This document shows, piece after piece, positions 27,558-40,409 of a stretch of 64,000 nucleotides of DNA. How positions within the stretch are numbered: the first letter of the stretch is position 1; the number at the start of each line of letters is the position of its first letter. The notes beneath the pieces are model-generated. The model searched no databases. It was given only the letters and a program-made list of their open reading frames with translations, and was not told where the DNA came from. A program made the translations under genes and the position numbers. The stretch lies in NCBI RefSeq assembly GCF_009914755.1, contig NC_060947.1, one strand, 5' to 3'. This stretch comes from the human T2T-CHM13v2.0 reference genome, Homo sapiens.

Positions 27558-28431
27558 TTTTCTTTTTTTACTTTAAGTTCCTGGATACATGTGCAGAATG
27601 TGCAGGTTTGTTACATAGGTATACATGTGCCATGGTGGTTTGCTGCACCTATCAACCCATCACCTAGGTTTTAAGCACCGCATGCATTAGGTATGTGTCT
27701 TATTACTCTCCCTGCTTTTGGCCTCCAACCCCTGACAGGCCCTGGTGTGTGTTGTTCCCCTCCGTGTCCATGTGTTCTCCTTGTTCAACTCCCACTTATG
27801 AGTGAGAACATGTGGCATTTGGTTTTCTGTTCCTGTGTTAGTTTGCTGAGAATGATGGCTTCTAGCTTCATCCATGTCCCTGCAAAGAACATGATCTCAT
27901 TCTTTTTATGGCTGCATAGTATTCCATGATGTATATGTGCCACATTTTCTTTATCCAGTCTATCATTGATGGGCATTTGGGTTGGTTCCAAGTCTTTGCT
28001 ATTGTAAATAGTGCAAATTTACAAGAAAAAAAACAACCCCATCAAAAAGTGGGCAAAGGATATGTACAGACACTTCTCAAAAGAAGACGTTTATGTGGCC
28101 AATGAATATGTGAAAAAAAGCTCATCATCACTGATCATTAGAGAAATGCAAATCAAAACCACCATGAGATACCATCTCACGCCAGTCAAAATGGCGATTA
28201 TTAAAAAGTCAGGAAATAATAGATGCTGGCGAGGCTGTGGAGAAATAGGAATGCTTTTACACTGTCGGTGGGAGTGTAAATTTGTTCAACCCTTGTGGAA
28301 GAGAGTGTGGCAATTCCGCAAGGATCTAGAACCAGAACTACCATTTGACCCAGCAGTCCCATTACTGGGTATATGCCCAAAGGATTATAAACCATTCTAC
28401 TATAGAAACACATGTACATCTATGTTTATTG
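27558..28431 (-). mobile_element. L1PA7/8-like 5'-truncated, 5'-inverted insertion (minus 27558-28013; inverted plus segment ~28014-28431)
   Basis: Minus-strand 3' end (ORF 27785-27991 ends SLISGS) joined directly to the plus-strand upstream ORF2 segment (ORF 28011-28481); flanks ttgattttctt / ttgatattttttctt resemble a TSD. Confidence 0.92.
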
Positions 28432-28734
28432 ATATTTTTTCTTCAGAAGATTTACCTGGTTTGATTCTTCTATTGGAGTAGAGGTTATAGATTCATTGAA
28501 TCATAGGTTATTAGACCTTAGAAATCCAGTAGTTTAAAACTTTTAGCTGCGGAATTATTTTTAAAATGAAATCTTATGTGAAAGCCCAATATATCTATGG
28601 ATGAAAACAGAGCTGCTTGGGTAAAAGTGGGGAAAGGAGCTGGCCCCACCAGCTGTCCCTGCCATCTCTGCAGCATCCACTCCTAAGGCACATTAGAGGA
28701 TCCCCAGAATAGTAGGTGTGATTAGAAAACACAT

Positions 28735-28830
28735 AAATTTCACAAATAATAAAACTAAGGCTCAGAGGTAATAAAATGACTTGGCCAAGGTCACACAACC
28801 AAGAAGGCAGAGGTAGTATTTAGGTCTTCC
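28735..28830 (-). mobile_element. MIR fragment
   Basis: aaaactaaggctcagaggt…tgacttggccaaggtcacacaac antisense MIR core. Confidence 0.7.
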
Positions 28831-31800
28831 AAGCTGGGCTAAAGTCAATATGTTTATAGCCACCCACTGGATGGTAAAAGGTGGCTTACCTCATCAGCCT
28901 CTCAAACTATCACTTTTTGGCAATTTTTAGAAATAATTAACACAAAAGAGAAAGTTACATTAATTTTCCTCCCATTAAATAGATGGCTTAAGAGTAAAAG
29001 GCAAAACAGATTTTGTCTAGTACTTGGTAGCTCTCAATTCCATGGAGGAAAGGAAGAGGCTGGGCACAGTCATTAGGAGGGCTTCTTACAGAAGCCGAAG
29101 TTGCTTGGGAAATTACAGAACCATTGACTAGAATACATCAAGTACAAAAGGGATATGCAATAATAGAAAAGTAGTTATGCACCTAAGTCCTGAAATGTAG
29201 TATTACATCCATCCTGAGAGGTAATCACTCCTGTCATTGCTAAGCTCTGCAATCATTCAGTCTAGCATGATAGATGGCTTTGTGCTCAATCCCATCACAG
29301 GCAGATCTTGCTTCAGAACCCTGGGCTCTTATGGCTCAGCTGAGGTTCAGGCAGAAGAGAGAAATAGCCATCCTGGCAGTTTTTCACTAACCTTTAGGTA
29401 TTGGTTATTGGCCTACTTAATGGAAATAAATGATTTTTTTTCATTAGGGCTTTATGGAGCCATTTAAAATTATAATCTTTCCTGTCTCAGAATTAGTTTA
29501 ATATGATCCACTATGATTACCTCTAATTGGATTTAATTTAGATTAAAATGTTTGAGCTCATATAATGGATAAGGCTCTATTGCAGTGTGTGTGGGGAGGG
29601 GGGCATGTGGGTATGCCTGCTTAAATTTCAGGAGATTGATTTTTCTTGCTATTGACTGCTGCAATTGTATGTTACTAAACCCTGGACTAGCAAATAGTCA
29701 GAATGTCATTTTACTGCAAAAACAGTTTGTCCTTGTTGAAAGTTGTAGTTAGAGAACACAGAGTGTACTAAAATTCTATCTTGAGAAGGAATAAAATAGA
29801 GGCATGCTATTTTCTTCTATCCCTTTCCCAACCCCCACCCCTGAGTATATGCTGCAACTTTTGCCCTAAAATGTGTATTTGTACCTATATATCTCTCTAA
29901 AGCTCTTGAGGTTTTGTTGGCCATTCCTCACGTGGATACTGAAGAACCCTTGTTAATGGGCAAAATGGTAAATGGCATAAGCATTTAATTCAGGGAGTAA
30001 TCATGGTAGAAACAGTCTAGGGCTCTAAACAATAGATGAAATGCTCCTTTTTGTGAAAGAGTAGGGGCTGATGGTTAGCATTGCATCAGGGCCCATTCCC
30101 GACACGTAACAGTGGTGTTTGCTTTCTGCTTGCTTCTATGTCCCAAGTGGATCCTTGCTTCTGTCTTGCTGCTTCCTTCCTCTATTAGGGCTATAAAATG
30201 ACTTAGTTTTGCCATAATCAGGTGACTAAAACATTGTGGTGCTTTTCCAAACATGTATTTTTAAAGGCATTTACACAGTGACACTGTGTTTTAAGAGCTC
30301 AGTGTGTCTCTCCAGGGGCCTGGCACTTGCAGCTCACTAATGCACTGGCTTAGTTCCCTTTCTAACAGGAGGCACCCATTAAAAGCCTGCTCCCACCTCA
30401 GACCCATCGATTCTAAAACCTGACTGGCCCAAAGGAGCCTTATTTTAGTGATTAAGACTTCAGATGGATTACCCTTGACTTGAATGCTATGGATTGATTT
30501 GGTTATCACAGTGTGCAGATTTGAGGTTTGCTATTGAAAGCCACAGAGATGAGATATCAGAACTGTTCCCTGTAAAATTGGAAGCATTATATACGGACTA
30601 AACATGTGCATGAAATCCAAGAGGGCAGGAGAAGCAAATCTGGTTCCAAACCTGATGAGCATAATGCCTCCTTCCTCTGGTTTCTTTCCAATCTTTCCTA
30701 GCATTCTGGTAGCTAGAATTTACAGCCTTGGGAACCTATTAAAATGAGTTTCACAGTATTATGGAATTAAAAATGAGGAGTTAGGAGGAAAATTTGCTTG
30801 GAACCAGGCAAATTTATCAATACTTGCATTCATTTTGATTTTGTTCCACCTTGAAACATCTGAGCATAGAAGTGATAGAAAAATAGACTCATCAGTACAA
30901 GTCAGATGCTAATATTACAACTGAGAAGCTGACCTTGATAACCCTGAAGGGAGAGTTGGATGTTGGTGCTTCCGCTTTTATCCTTCATAGGTTGAGTCCC
31001 CTTAGAAACTGTTACTTTTGGGGTTAGACGTTGATTATAATCAGACTTTCCACTTGACTATGGGTTGTTATGTTCTTGTTGAAGGATAGACAGGAAACAT
31101 CAAGAGAGACCATTGTTGTCAAGAGGACTGGGTAATCCCCATTCACTATCAAGAGAAGGAAGGAAGTCCAGTTTTCATTTCCTTCTGTGAGATGGAGTAT
31201 ATAACAAATATGAAAACCATCAAAGAATCTATGGAGGCTTCTGTTTAGTCTACAGCCAAGAATAAGTTAAGTCTCAATGTGAAGAGTAAAGATATATCTT
31301 TAGTAACTCATATAATTTAACAAAGCAGCTCCTGAATGAAATAAATGTGAGGAAGTGTGATGTGAATCTTAATAGAAAGGAGGAACTGGTAGCACAAATA
31401 AACAGTTTTCTAGATTGTCAGGACACTTATGGGTTCATGTAAATCCAATCCAGAATATGAGCTAGGGATTCCCAACTCTCCTTTAGTGGCGGTGCTCTCT
31501 TACTTAACAATCTTCTGTCCCAGCCCCATTTCTCTAAATACAAGTAGTGAATGACATTTGTTTGTTATATTTCAGATTAAAGCAAGGATAAAATTATTAT
31601 TTTTAATGAGGGATAATACAATTCTACAGTGCTCTTTAAGATCACTGGAGGCATTCTGAGGTGTCACAAAACCAATATTGGGAAACTAAACTAACTCTTC
31701 CGTTAAATTTGGTTTAAAGAGTTGGCAACTTTCAAATGTGTAATAAGTATGTTTAGAAATCATGAGGACAAACTTCCTTTGGGTTTTTACCAATTTCACC

Positions 31801-32667
31801 TTTTACCACAGCTCTTCCAACTCTGTGGCCATCTGTTTTGAGGCGGAGACTGATAAGTCCCACAGGAAACTTCAGATTCTTATCTATTCTTACTGATGTA
31901 AGAGACATCTCAGTCTCAGGGGAATTTTGTGGTCTAGTTCTCTAAATAATGGCATCCATATTAAAATGCACATTTGGTGATTTGATGCATCTGAATAGAC
32001 AAAATAAGAGGCTATATGGGTTGGTTGATTGTTAGTACAGCCAGCCAAAGAGAGCACAGTCAGCAACCTACTGTTGAATTTTGGAAAGGGTGAAAATAGC
32101 CAGTGGAAGCTGTTATTGTCCTTATTATTATTATCATTGTCATTGTTATAAAATAATTCACATAAAAATCCAATAAATAGTATAAAATTAAAAGTAAAGT
32201 TTTCTTCTCTCTCCCCTCAACCCCAGTCCCATTTCCTAGAGAAGCTACTTTTAGCTTTTTTAATGATTCTAGAATATCATAATACTAAAAATCTGGTGTT
32301 CTTTCTTGCTGTTTCATTGTTAGATAGTACATATTGACAGTATTTTCTGTTGCTCTTATATATGAGGAATTTAGGAAACTACACTCACTGTTTTCCAGAT
32401 TTCATCTCAACTTCCTGATTTTATTAGTTATATTATTTTTAAAACAGCCAGTGATTTCATTTTCAAATTTGAACAATGTATATCCAGCTGTATTTCGTGT
32501 TTCATCAAATTTTGACACTATTTATTTACTCCCTACTTTGTAAACAAAATAAACTAACACATACACACATATCCCACGTCTCCTTCTCTCCTTCTGCCTC
32601 CTGTTGTCTCCTACATCATTACTCTTATGTTGTCAATGTTTGTAACATTTACAGCGTATTCTGTAAC

Positions 32668-32748
32668 TACTGATTTGAACCATATGAAATTGTAATTTAT
32701 GTTCGTCAAAAATAGTTAAATATCAGCAATTTTATGTGGTTCATTCCA
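32668..32748. mobile_element. MADE2 mariner-derived MITE
   Basis: ~80-bp degenerate palindrome ttgaaccatatgaaattg…caattttatgtggttca. Confidence 0.7.
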
Positions 32749-32843
32749 TGTTTGCAGATGATATAATCTTATATTTGGAAAAACCCAGGGTCCACCAAAA
32801 AACTATTAGAACTGATAAACAAATTCAGTAAAGTTGCAGTATA
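32749..32843 (+). mobile_element. Isolated internal L1 ORF2 (RT catalytic region) fragment
   Basis: tttgcagatgatataatcttatatttggaaaaaccc encodes FADDIILYLEKP, followed by ctattagaactgataaacaaattcagtaaagttgcag; no 3'UTR or A-tail. Confidence 0.8.
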
Positions 32844-33004
32844 CTAATACAATTATGTTTTCTGTGCTTGCCTATAGCTTGATTCTAAAAGTTGAAAGCC
32901 AATAGACATTCGTAGTATTAGATATATGTATGTTTCTCATGACACTAAATTTTCATAAGATCTATGGTTTTAAATAGCATTTAATGACTTTCATAAATAA
33001 ATTC

Positions 33005-33102
33005 CCAGTCTCAACCTGTTCCCTGTAATACAGACTGCTATCTAACTACCTACTTACCTGTGCATTCTAACATGCTATCTCAAACTTAACGTGTCCAAAA
33101 CA
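33005..33102 (+). mobile_element. L2a fragment (upstream piece; continues at ~40410)
   Basis: atctcaaacttaacgtgtccaaaac L2 motif. Confidence 0.55.
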
Positions 33103-33104
33103 TC

Positions 33105-33213
33105 TTTTTCTCTTTAATTTTTTATTTATAATTTTTGTGGGTACATAGTAGGTATATATATTTATGGGATACATGAAATGTTTTGATACAGGCATATAAA
33201 ATATAATAATCAC
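33105..33213 (-). mobile_element. L1MA 3' terminus (continues at 40265-40402 after the inserted L1PA)
   Basis: tttgtgggtacatagtaggtatatatatttatggg…ttttgatacaggcat…taataatcac, then aaatggggtatccatctcctcaag…tcaccctgttgtgctatca at 40268+. Confidence 0.85.
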
Positions 33214-33849
33214 TGTCTGGGGCCAAGATGACTGACTACAAGCAGCTATGGTGCGTGACTTTCATGGAGAGGAATGAAAAGGGCGAGTAAATATGGCACC
33301 TTCAACTGAAACACCCAGGGACTCACACGGGGACCAATCAGGGAAACGGCTCAACCCACAGGGAATGGAGAAAAGCAAGGCAGGGCAACAGCCCACCTGG
33401 GAGTGACATGGAACCAAGGGAATTTCCCCTGCCCAGAGAAGCAGTGAGTGAATGTGCAACCCAGGGAAACCATGCTTCTCCCATGGATCCTTGCAACCCT
33501 TGGGTCAGGAGATCCACTCATGAACCCACTCCTCTAGGGCCTTCAGTCTGACACACAGAGCTGCATGGAGTCTTGGCAGAACAGCCACTCAGGCATGCAT
33601 GGAGGCCCAGGACACTCAGGCATGCATGGAGGCCCAGGAGCTTTACCTACTGTGGCACTGGGCTTTCCGGCAAAATGACTGCCACTCTGGTAAGGTGGGA
33701 GATGGGACCTCCATACGTACCCCTACAGAGGGGACTGAATCCAGGGGGCAGAGCAGTGATGGTCTGCGGGCCCCACTTTCACTGTGTCCCACAAGATAAG
33801 ACCCACTGCTTTAGAATTCCAGCCCCACCAGCAACAGTATTGAGCCTAC

Positions 33850-35075
33850 CTGGGATGGAGTTCTAAGGCTCGGAGGAGGACGAGGGGTGGGCTGCCATCT
33901 TTGCTGTTTGGGCAACTCAACCATTCTACCCTGTGGGCTTTAGAGAGTCCAAACCAACTGTGGACCAAAGGTATCTCACAGCACAGCACACCACAGCTGC
34001 TCTACCACAACATGGCCAGACTGCTTCTTTAAGTGGATACCTGACCTGTTCCTCCTCACTGGGCAGGACCTCCCAACTGGGGCCTCCAGTCACCCTCATT
34101 GGTGTTCTCTGGCTGACAGAGATTTGAATTCTCTCTGGGATGGAGTTCCCAGAGGTGGAGGTAGGCTGCCATCTTTGCTATTTGGGCAACTTAGATATTC
34201 CAGCCTGTGGGATTTGGAGAGCCCAAGCCAACCAGGGTAGAAGTGATACCTCAGCATAGCACAGCTGCTCTATGAAAATGTGGCCAGACTGCTTCCTTAA
34301 AAGGGTCCCCGATCCCGTTTCTCCTCACTGAGAGGATCTCCTAATCAGGGCCTCCAGCCACCCCCGCCAGTGTTCTCTATGGGAATGAGTTTCTGGGAGA
34401 GGGGTGGGCCGCCACCTTTGCTGTTTGGGCAACCCAGATTTTCTAGTCTGCAGGCTTTGGAGAGTCCAAACTGACCAGGGGTGGAAGGAATCCCCCAGCC
34501 CAGCACAGCTGCTCTACCAAAACATGGTCAGACTACTTCTTTAAGCCTGTCCCCAATCCATTCCTGCTCACTGTGTGGGACCTCTCAACTGGGGCCTCCA
34601 GCCACCCCCACTGGTGTTCTCTGGCTGACAGAGATTTGAAAACTTCTTGGACGGGGCTCCCAGAGAGAGGGGCAGACCACCATCTTTGCTGTTTCGGGAG
34701 CTCAGCCATTCCAGCCTCCATGCTTTGGAGAGCCAAAGCCAACTGGGGGCAGAGGCAGTACCCCAGCATAGTGCAGCTGCTCTATGAAGGCACAGCCAGA
34801 CTGCTGCTTTAAGCAGATCCCTGATCCCCTTCCTCCTGACTGGGCAAGACCTCCCAAAGGGGGTCTCCAGTCACTCCGACAGGTGCATTCAGGCCAGCAA
34901 CAGGTTCATACCTCCCTGGGATGGAGCTCTCAGAGGAAGGGATGGGCTTCCATCTTTCTTGTTTTGCAGCCTTCACTAGTGATACCTCCAGGTACTAGAA
35001 AATGCAAGGCAATTAGGGACTGTAGTGGAACCCCAGCAAATGGCAGCAGCACTATGGAAAAGTGGCCAGACTATT
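33850..35075 (+). repeat. Five diverged ~245-275-bp tandem monomers in the L1 5'UTR
   Basis: ccatctttgctgtttgggcaac-like motif recurs at ~33894, 34168, 34411, 34680 and 34950, each followed by cagctgctcta…ggccagactgcttctttaag-like sequence. Confidence 0.85.
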
Positions 35076-35140
35076 AAAAAAAAAAAAAGCCATCCAAAGG
35101 TCAACAACCTCAAAGATTAAAGGTAGGTCTGCCCACAAAG

Positions 35141-36180
35141 ATGAGAAGGACTCAGTGCAAGAATGCTGAAAACTCAAAAAGCCAGAGTGCCCTCTTTTCT
35201 CCAATGACTGGATCACCTCTCCAGTAAGGGTTCAGAACCGGGGTGAGGCTGAGATGGCTGAAATGACAGAAGTAGAATTCAGAATGTGGATAAACACAAT
35301 CTTCACTGATCTTAAGGAGCACATTGTAACCCAATGCAGGAAAGCTAAAAATCATAAAATATTGCAGGAAGTGACAGACAAAATAGCCAGTATAGAGAAG
35401 AATGTAATGAACCTGATGGAGCTGAAAAACACAATACAAGAATTTCATAATGCAATCACAAGTATTAATAGCAGAAAAGACCAAGTGGAGGAAAGAATCT
35501 CAGAGTTTGAGGACTGTGTTTCTGAAATAAGGCAGACAGACAAGAATAGAGAAAAAAGAATGAAAAGGAACGAACAAAACCTCCAAGAAATATGGGATTG
35601 TGTAAAGAGACTGGATCTACAACTAATTGGTGTGCCTGAAAGAGATGGTGAGAATGGAACCAATTTGGAGAACATATTTCAGAATATCCTCCAGGAGAAC
35701 GTCCCCAACCTAGCTAGATAGATCAACACTCAAATTCAGGAAATGCAGAGAACCCAAGTAAGATACTCCATGAGAAGATCATTCCGAAGACACATAATCA
35801 TCAGATTCTTTAAGGTTGAAATGAAAGAAAAAACATTAAGGGCATCTAGAGAGAAAAGTCAGGTCATCTACAAAGGGAAACTCATTAGACTAACAGCAGA
35901 CCTCTCAGGAGAAACCTTTCAAGTCAAAAGAGATTGGGGGCCAATATTCAAAATTCTTAAAGAAAAGAAATTCCAACCCAGAATTTCTTGTCCAGACAAA
36001 CTAAACTTCATAAGCGAAGGACAGATAAGATCTTTTTCAGACAAGCAAATGCTGAGGGAATTCATTACCACCAGACCTGCCTTAAAAGAGATCTTGAAAG
36101 GAGCACTAAGCCTAGAGGGGAAAGACCACTACCAGCCACTACAAAAACACACTGAAGTACATAGACCAGTGACACTATAA
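35141..36180 (+). pseudogene. Disrupted L1 ORF1p (RNA-binding chaperone)
   Basis: ORFs 35254-35721 (…EQNLQEIWDCVKRLDLQLIGVPERDGENG…) and 35743-36180 (…RHIIIRF…IRLTADLS…REFITTRPAL…) separated by stops. Confidence 0.9.
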
Positions 36181-36225
36181 AGCAACGACATAAACAAGTC
36201 TGAAAAATAACCAGCTAACAGCATG

Positions 36226-39200
36226 ATGACAGGATCAAATCCACACATATCAATACTAACCTTAAATGTAAATGGACTAAATGCCCCCAATTAAAAGACA
36301 CAGAGTGGCAAGCTGAATCAAGAACCAAGACCCATTAGTACGCTGTCCTCAGGAGAACCATCTCACATGCAATGACACACATAGGCTCTAAATAAAGAGA
36401 TGGAGGAAAATCTACCAAGCAAATGGAAAACAGAAAAAAGCTGGGGTCACAATCCTAGTTTCTGATGAAACAAACTTTAAACCAACAAGATCAAAAAAGA
36501 CAAAGAATGGCAGTACATAATAGTAAAGGGTTCAATTCAACAAAAAGAGCTAACTACCCTAAGTATATATGCACCCAATACAAGAGCACCCAGATTCATA
36601 AAGCAAGTTCTTAGAGACGTCCAAAGAGAATTAGACTTCTAAATAATAATAGTGGGAGACTGTAACACCCACTGACAATATCATCATCAAGACAGAAAAT
36701 TAACAAAGATAGTCAGGACCTGAACTCAGCTTGGGGTCAAATGGACCTGATGGATATCTTCAGAACTGTCCACCCAAAAACAACAGAATATATATTCTTC
36801 TCATTGCCACATGGCACTTACTCTAAAATTGATCACAAAATTGGAAGTAAAACCTCCTCAGCAAATGCAAAAGAACTGAACTCATAACAGCCTCTTGGAC
36901 TACAGCATAACCAAATTAGAACTCAAGACTAAGGAATTCACTCAAAACCACACAATTACATGGAAATTGAATAACCTACTCTTGAATGACTTTGTGGTAA
37001 ATAAAGAAATTAAGGCAGAAATCAAGAAGTTTTTGAAACAAATGAGATAAAAGATGCAACATACCAGAATCTCCGGGACACAGTGAAGGCAGTGTTAAGA
37101 GGGAAATTTATAGCACTAAATGCCCACATCAAAAAGATCTCAAGATAACAACTTAACATCACAAGTAAAAGAATTAAAAAACCAAGAGCAAACAAATCCC
37201 AAAGCTAGCAGAAGACAATAAATAACCAAAATCAGAGCAGAACTGAAAGGGATAGAGACATGAAAAGCCATTCAAAAGAGCAGTGAATCCTGGAGATGGT
37301 TTTTTAAAAAATATAATAAAATAGATAGACTGCAAGCTAGAATAATAAAGAAGAAAAGAGAGAAGATTCAAATAAACACAATCAGAAATGAAAAGGGATA
37401 TTACCACTGACCCCACAGAAATACAACCAACCATCAGAGAATACTGTAAACACCTCTATACACACAAACTAGAAAACCTGAAGAGATGGATAAATTCCTG
37501 AACACATACACCCTCCCAAGACTGAACAAGGAAGAAATTGATTCCCTGAGCAGGTCAATAATGTGCTCTGAAGTTGAGTCAGTAATAAATAGCCTACCAA
37601 CCAAAAAAATCCCAGGACCTGATGGATTCACAGCTGAATTCTACCAGCTGTACAAAGAAGAGCTAGTACCAGTCCTCCTGAAACTATTCCAAAAAATTGA
37701 AAAGGAGGGACTCTTTCTAACTCATTCTATGAGGCCAGAATCATCCTGATACCAAAACCTGGCAGAGATAAAACAAAAACAAAAACAAAAAAGAAAGAAA
37801 ACTTCGGGCCAATATCCTTGATGAACATCGTTGCAAAAATCTTCGATAAAATACTGGCAAACCGAACCCAGCAGTACATCAAAAAGCTTATCCACCATGA
37901 TCAAACAGACATTATCCCCAGGATGCAAGGTTGGTTCAATATATGCAAATCAAAAAATGTGATTCATCACATAAATAGAACTAAAGACAAAAACCACATG
38001 ATTATATCAATAGACACAGAAAGGCCTTCAATAAAATTCAACATTCCTTTTTGTTAAAAACTCTCAATAAACATGGTATTAAAGGAACATACTCCAGAAC
38101 CATAAGAACCATATGTGTCAAACTGACAGCCAATATCATAGTGAATGGGCAAAGGCTGGAAGCATTTTCCCTGAAAACTGGCGCAAGACAAGGATGCCCT
38201 CATCACTCCTATTTCACATAGTATTGGAAGTTCTGGCCAGGGCAATCAGGCAAGAGAAAGAAAGAAAGGGCATTCAAATAGGAAGACAGGAAGTCCAACT
38301 ATGCCTGTTTGCAGATGACATGATCCTATATCTAGAAAGCCCTGTCCTAGCCCAAAAGCCTCTTAAACTAATAAGCAACTTCAGCAAAGTCTCAGGATAC
38401 AAAATATATATGCAAAAATCACTAGCATCCCTATACACCACCAACAACCATACCGAGAGCCAAATCAGAAATGAACTCCCATTCACAATTGTCACAAAAA
38501 GAATAAAATACCTAGGAATACAGCTAACTAGGGAGGTGAAAGATCTCTAGAAAGAGAACTACAAACCACTGTTCAAAGAAATCAGAGATGGCACAAACAA
38601 ATGTAAAAACTTTCCATGCTCATGGATAGGAAGAATCAATATTGCGAAAATGGCCCTACTGCCCTAAGCAACCTATAGATTCAATGCTATTCCCATTAAA
38701 CTACCATTGGCATTCTTCACAGAACTAGAAAAAATTATTTTAGAATTCATATGGAACCAAAAAAAAAAAAAGCCCAAATAGCCACGGCAATCCTAAGCAA
38801 TAAGAACAAAGCTGGAGGTATCACGCTACCTGACTTCAGACTGTATACTACAGGGCTACAGTAACCAAAAGAGCATAGTACTGGTACAAGAACAGATACA
38901 TAGACAAATGGAACAGAATAGAGAACCCAGAAATAAGACTGCACACCTACACCTATCTGATCTTTGACAAACCTGAAAAGAGCAGGTTTGTCAAAGGATT
39001 CCCTATTCAATAAATAGTACTAGGATAACTGGCTAGCCATATGCAGAAGATTGAAACTGGACCCCTTCCTTACAACTTATACAAAAATCAACTGAAGATG
39101 GAATAAGGACTTAAATACAAAACCCAAAACTATAACAACCCTGGAATACAACCTAGGAAATACCATTCAGAATATATAAGCACTGGCAAAGATTTCATGA

Positions 39201-40034
39201 TGAAGACAGCAAAAGCAATTGCAACAATAGAACAAATTGACAAATGCAATCTAATTAAACTAAACAGCCCCTGCACTGCAAAAATAAACTATCAACAGAG
39301 TAAACAGACAACCTACAGAATGGGAGAACATTTTTGCAAACTATGCATCTGACAAAGGTCTAATATCCAGCATTTATAAGGAACTTAAATTTGCAAGAGA
39401 AAAACCAACAGCCTCATTAAAAAGTGGGCAAAGGACATGAACACTTCTAAAGAAGACATACACGTGGCTAAGTCATATAAAAAAAAAAAGCTTAGCATCA
39501 CTTATCATTAGAGAAATGCAAATCCAAACCACAATGTGATATCGTTTCACACCAGTCAGAATGGCTAGTGTTAAAAAGTCAAAAAATAACAGCTGCTGGT
39601 GAGGTTGTGGAGAAAAGGGAACACTTACACACAGTTTTGGGGAGTGTAAATTAGTTCTACCATTGTGGAAAGCAGTATGGCGATTGCTCAAAGAACTAAA
39701 AGCAGAACTACCATTTGACTCAGCAATCCTATTATTGAGTATATACCCAAAGGAATATAAATAAATCTATTATAAAGACACACACACAGGTATGTTCACT
39801 GCAGCACTATTCACAATAGCAAACACGTGGAGTCAACCTAAATGCCCATCAATGATAGACTGGATAAAGAAAATGTGGTACCCATATGCCGTGGCATACT
39901 ATGCAGCCATAAAAAACAACAGGATCATGTCCTTTGCAGGGACATGGATGAAGCTGGAGGCCATTATGCTTAGTAAACTAACACAGGAACAGAAAACCAA
40001 ATATTGCATATTCTCACTTATAAGCGGGAGCTAA
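36226..40034 (+). pseudogene. Disrupted L1 ORF2p (endonuclease/reverse transcriptase)
   Basis: Starts atgacaggatcaaat (MTGSN); fragments with [23 protein letters not shown] and terminal SLISGS; multiple stops and frameshifts. Confidence 0.92.
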
Positions 40035-40409
40035 ATGACGAGAACACATGGACACAGAGAAAGGAAGAACATACACTGGGGCCTATTGGAAGTTGGAGTG
40101 TGGGAGGAGGGAGTGGATCAGAAAAACTAATATGTACTAGGCCTAATACCTCGATGATGAAATAATCTGTGCGACAAACCCCCATGACACACATTTACCT
40201 ATGTAACAAACCTGTGCATGTACCCCTGAACTTAAAATTAGCATATATGTAAATGTGTGTGTATGTGAAATGGGGTATCCATCTCCTCAAGTATTTATCC
40301 TTTGTGTTACAATCTATACTTTTATTTTAAAATGTACAATTAAATTAGCATTGACAATAGTCACCCTGTTGTGCTATCAGGTAGTAGATCTTATTATTTC
40401 CTAGCTTGA

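Larger units (their letters stand above)
33214..40240 (+). mobile_element. Near-full-length (~7 kb) LINE-1, L1PA15/16-like; inactive
   Basis: ggccaagatg 5' start, ~1.9-kb 5'UTR with tandem monomers, ORF1 and ORF2 relics in order, 3'UTR gggaggagggagtggatcagaaaaactaa…acaaacccccatgacac…cccctgaacttaaaa. Confidence 0.95.

Noticed and set aside
33850-35075. CRISPR-like or novel repeat-spacer array
   Set aside because: Units are homologous along their whole length and lie within an L1 5'UTR in a eukaryotic genome; there are no unique spacers or cas genes
33214-40240. Potentially active full-length L1
   Set aside because: Both ORFs are broken by many stops and frameshifts; old subfamily with no A-tail
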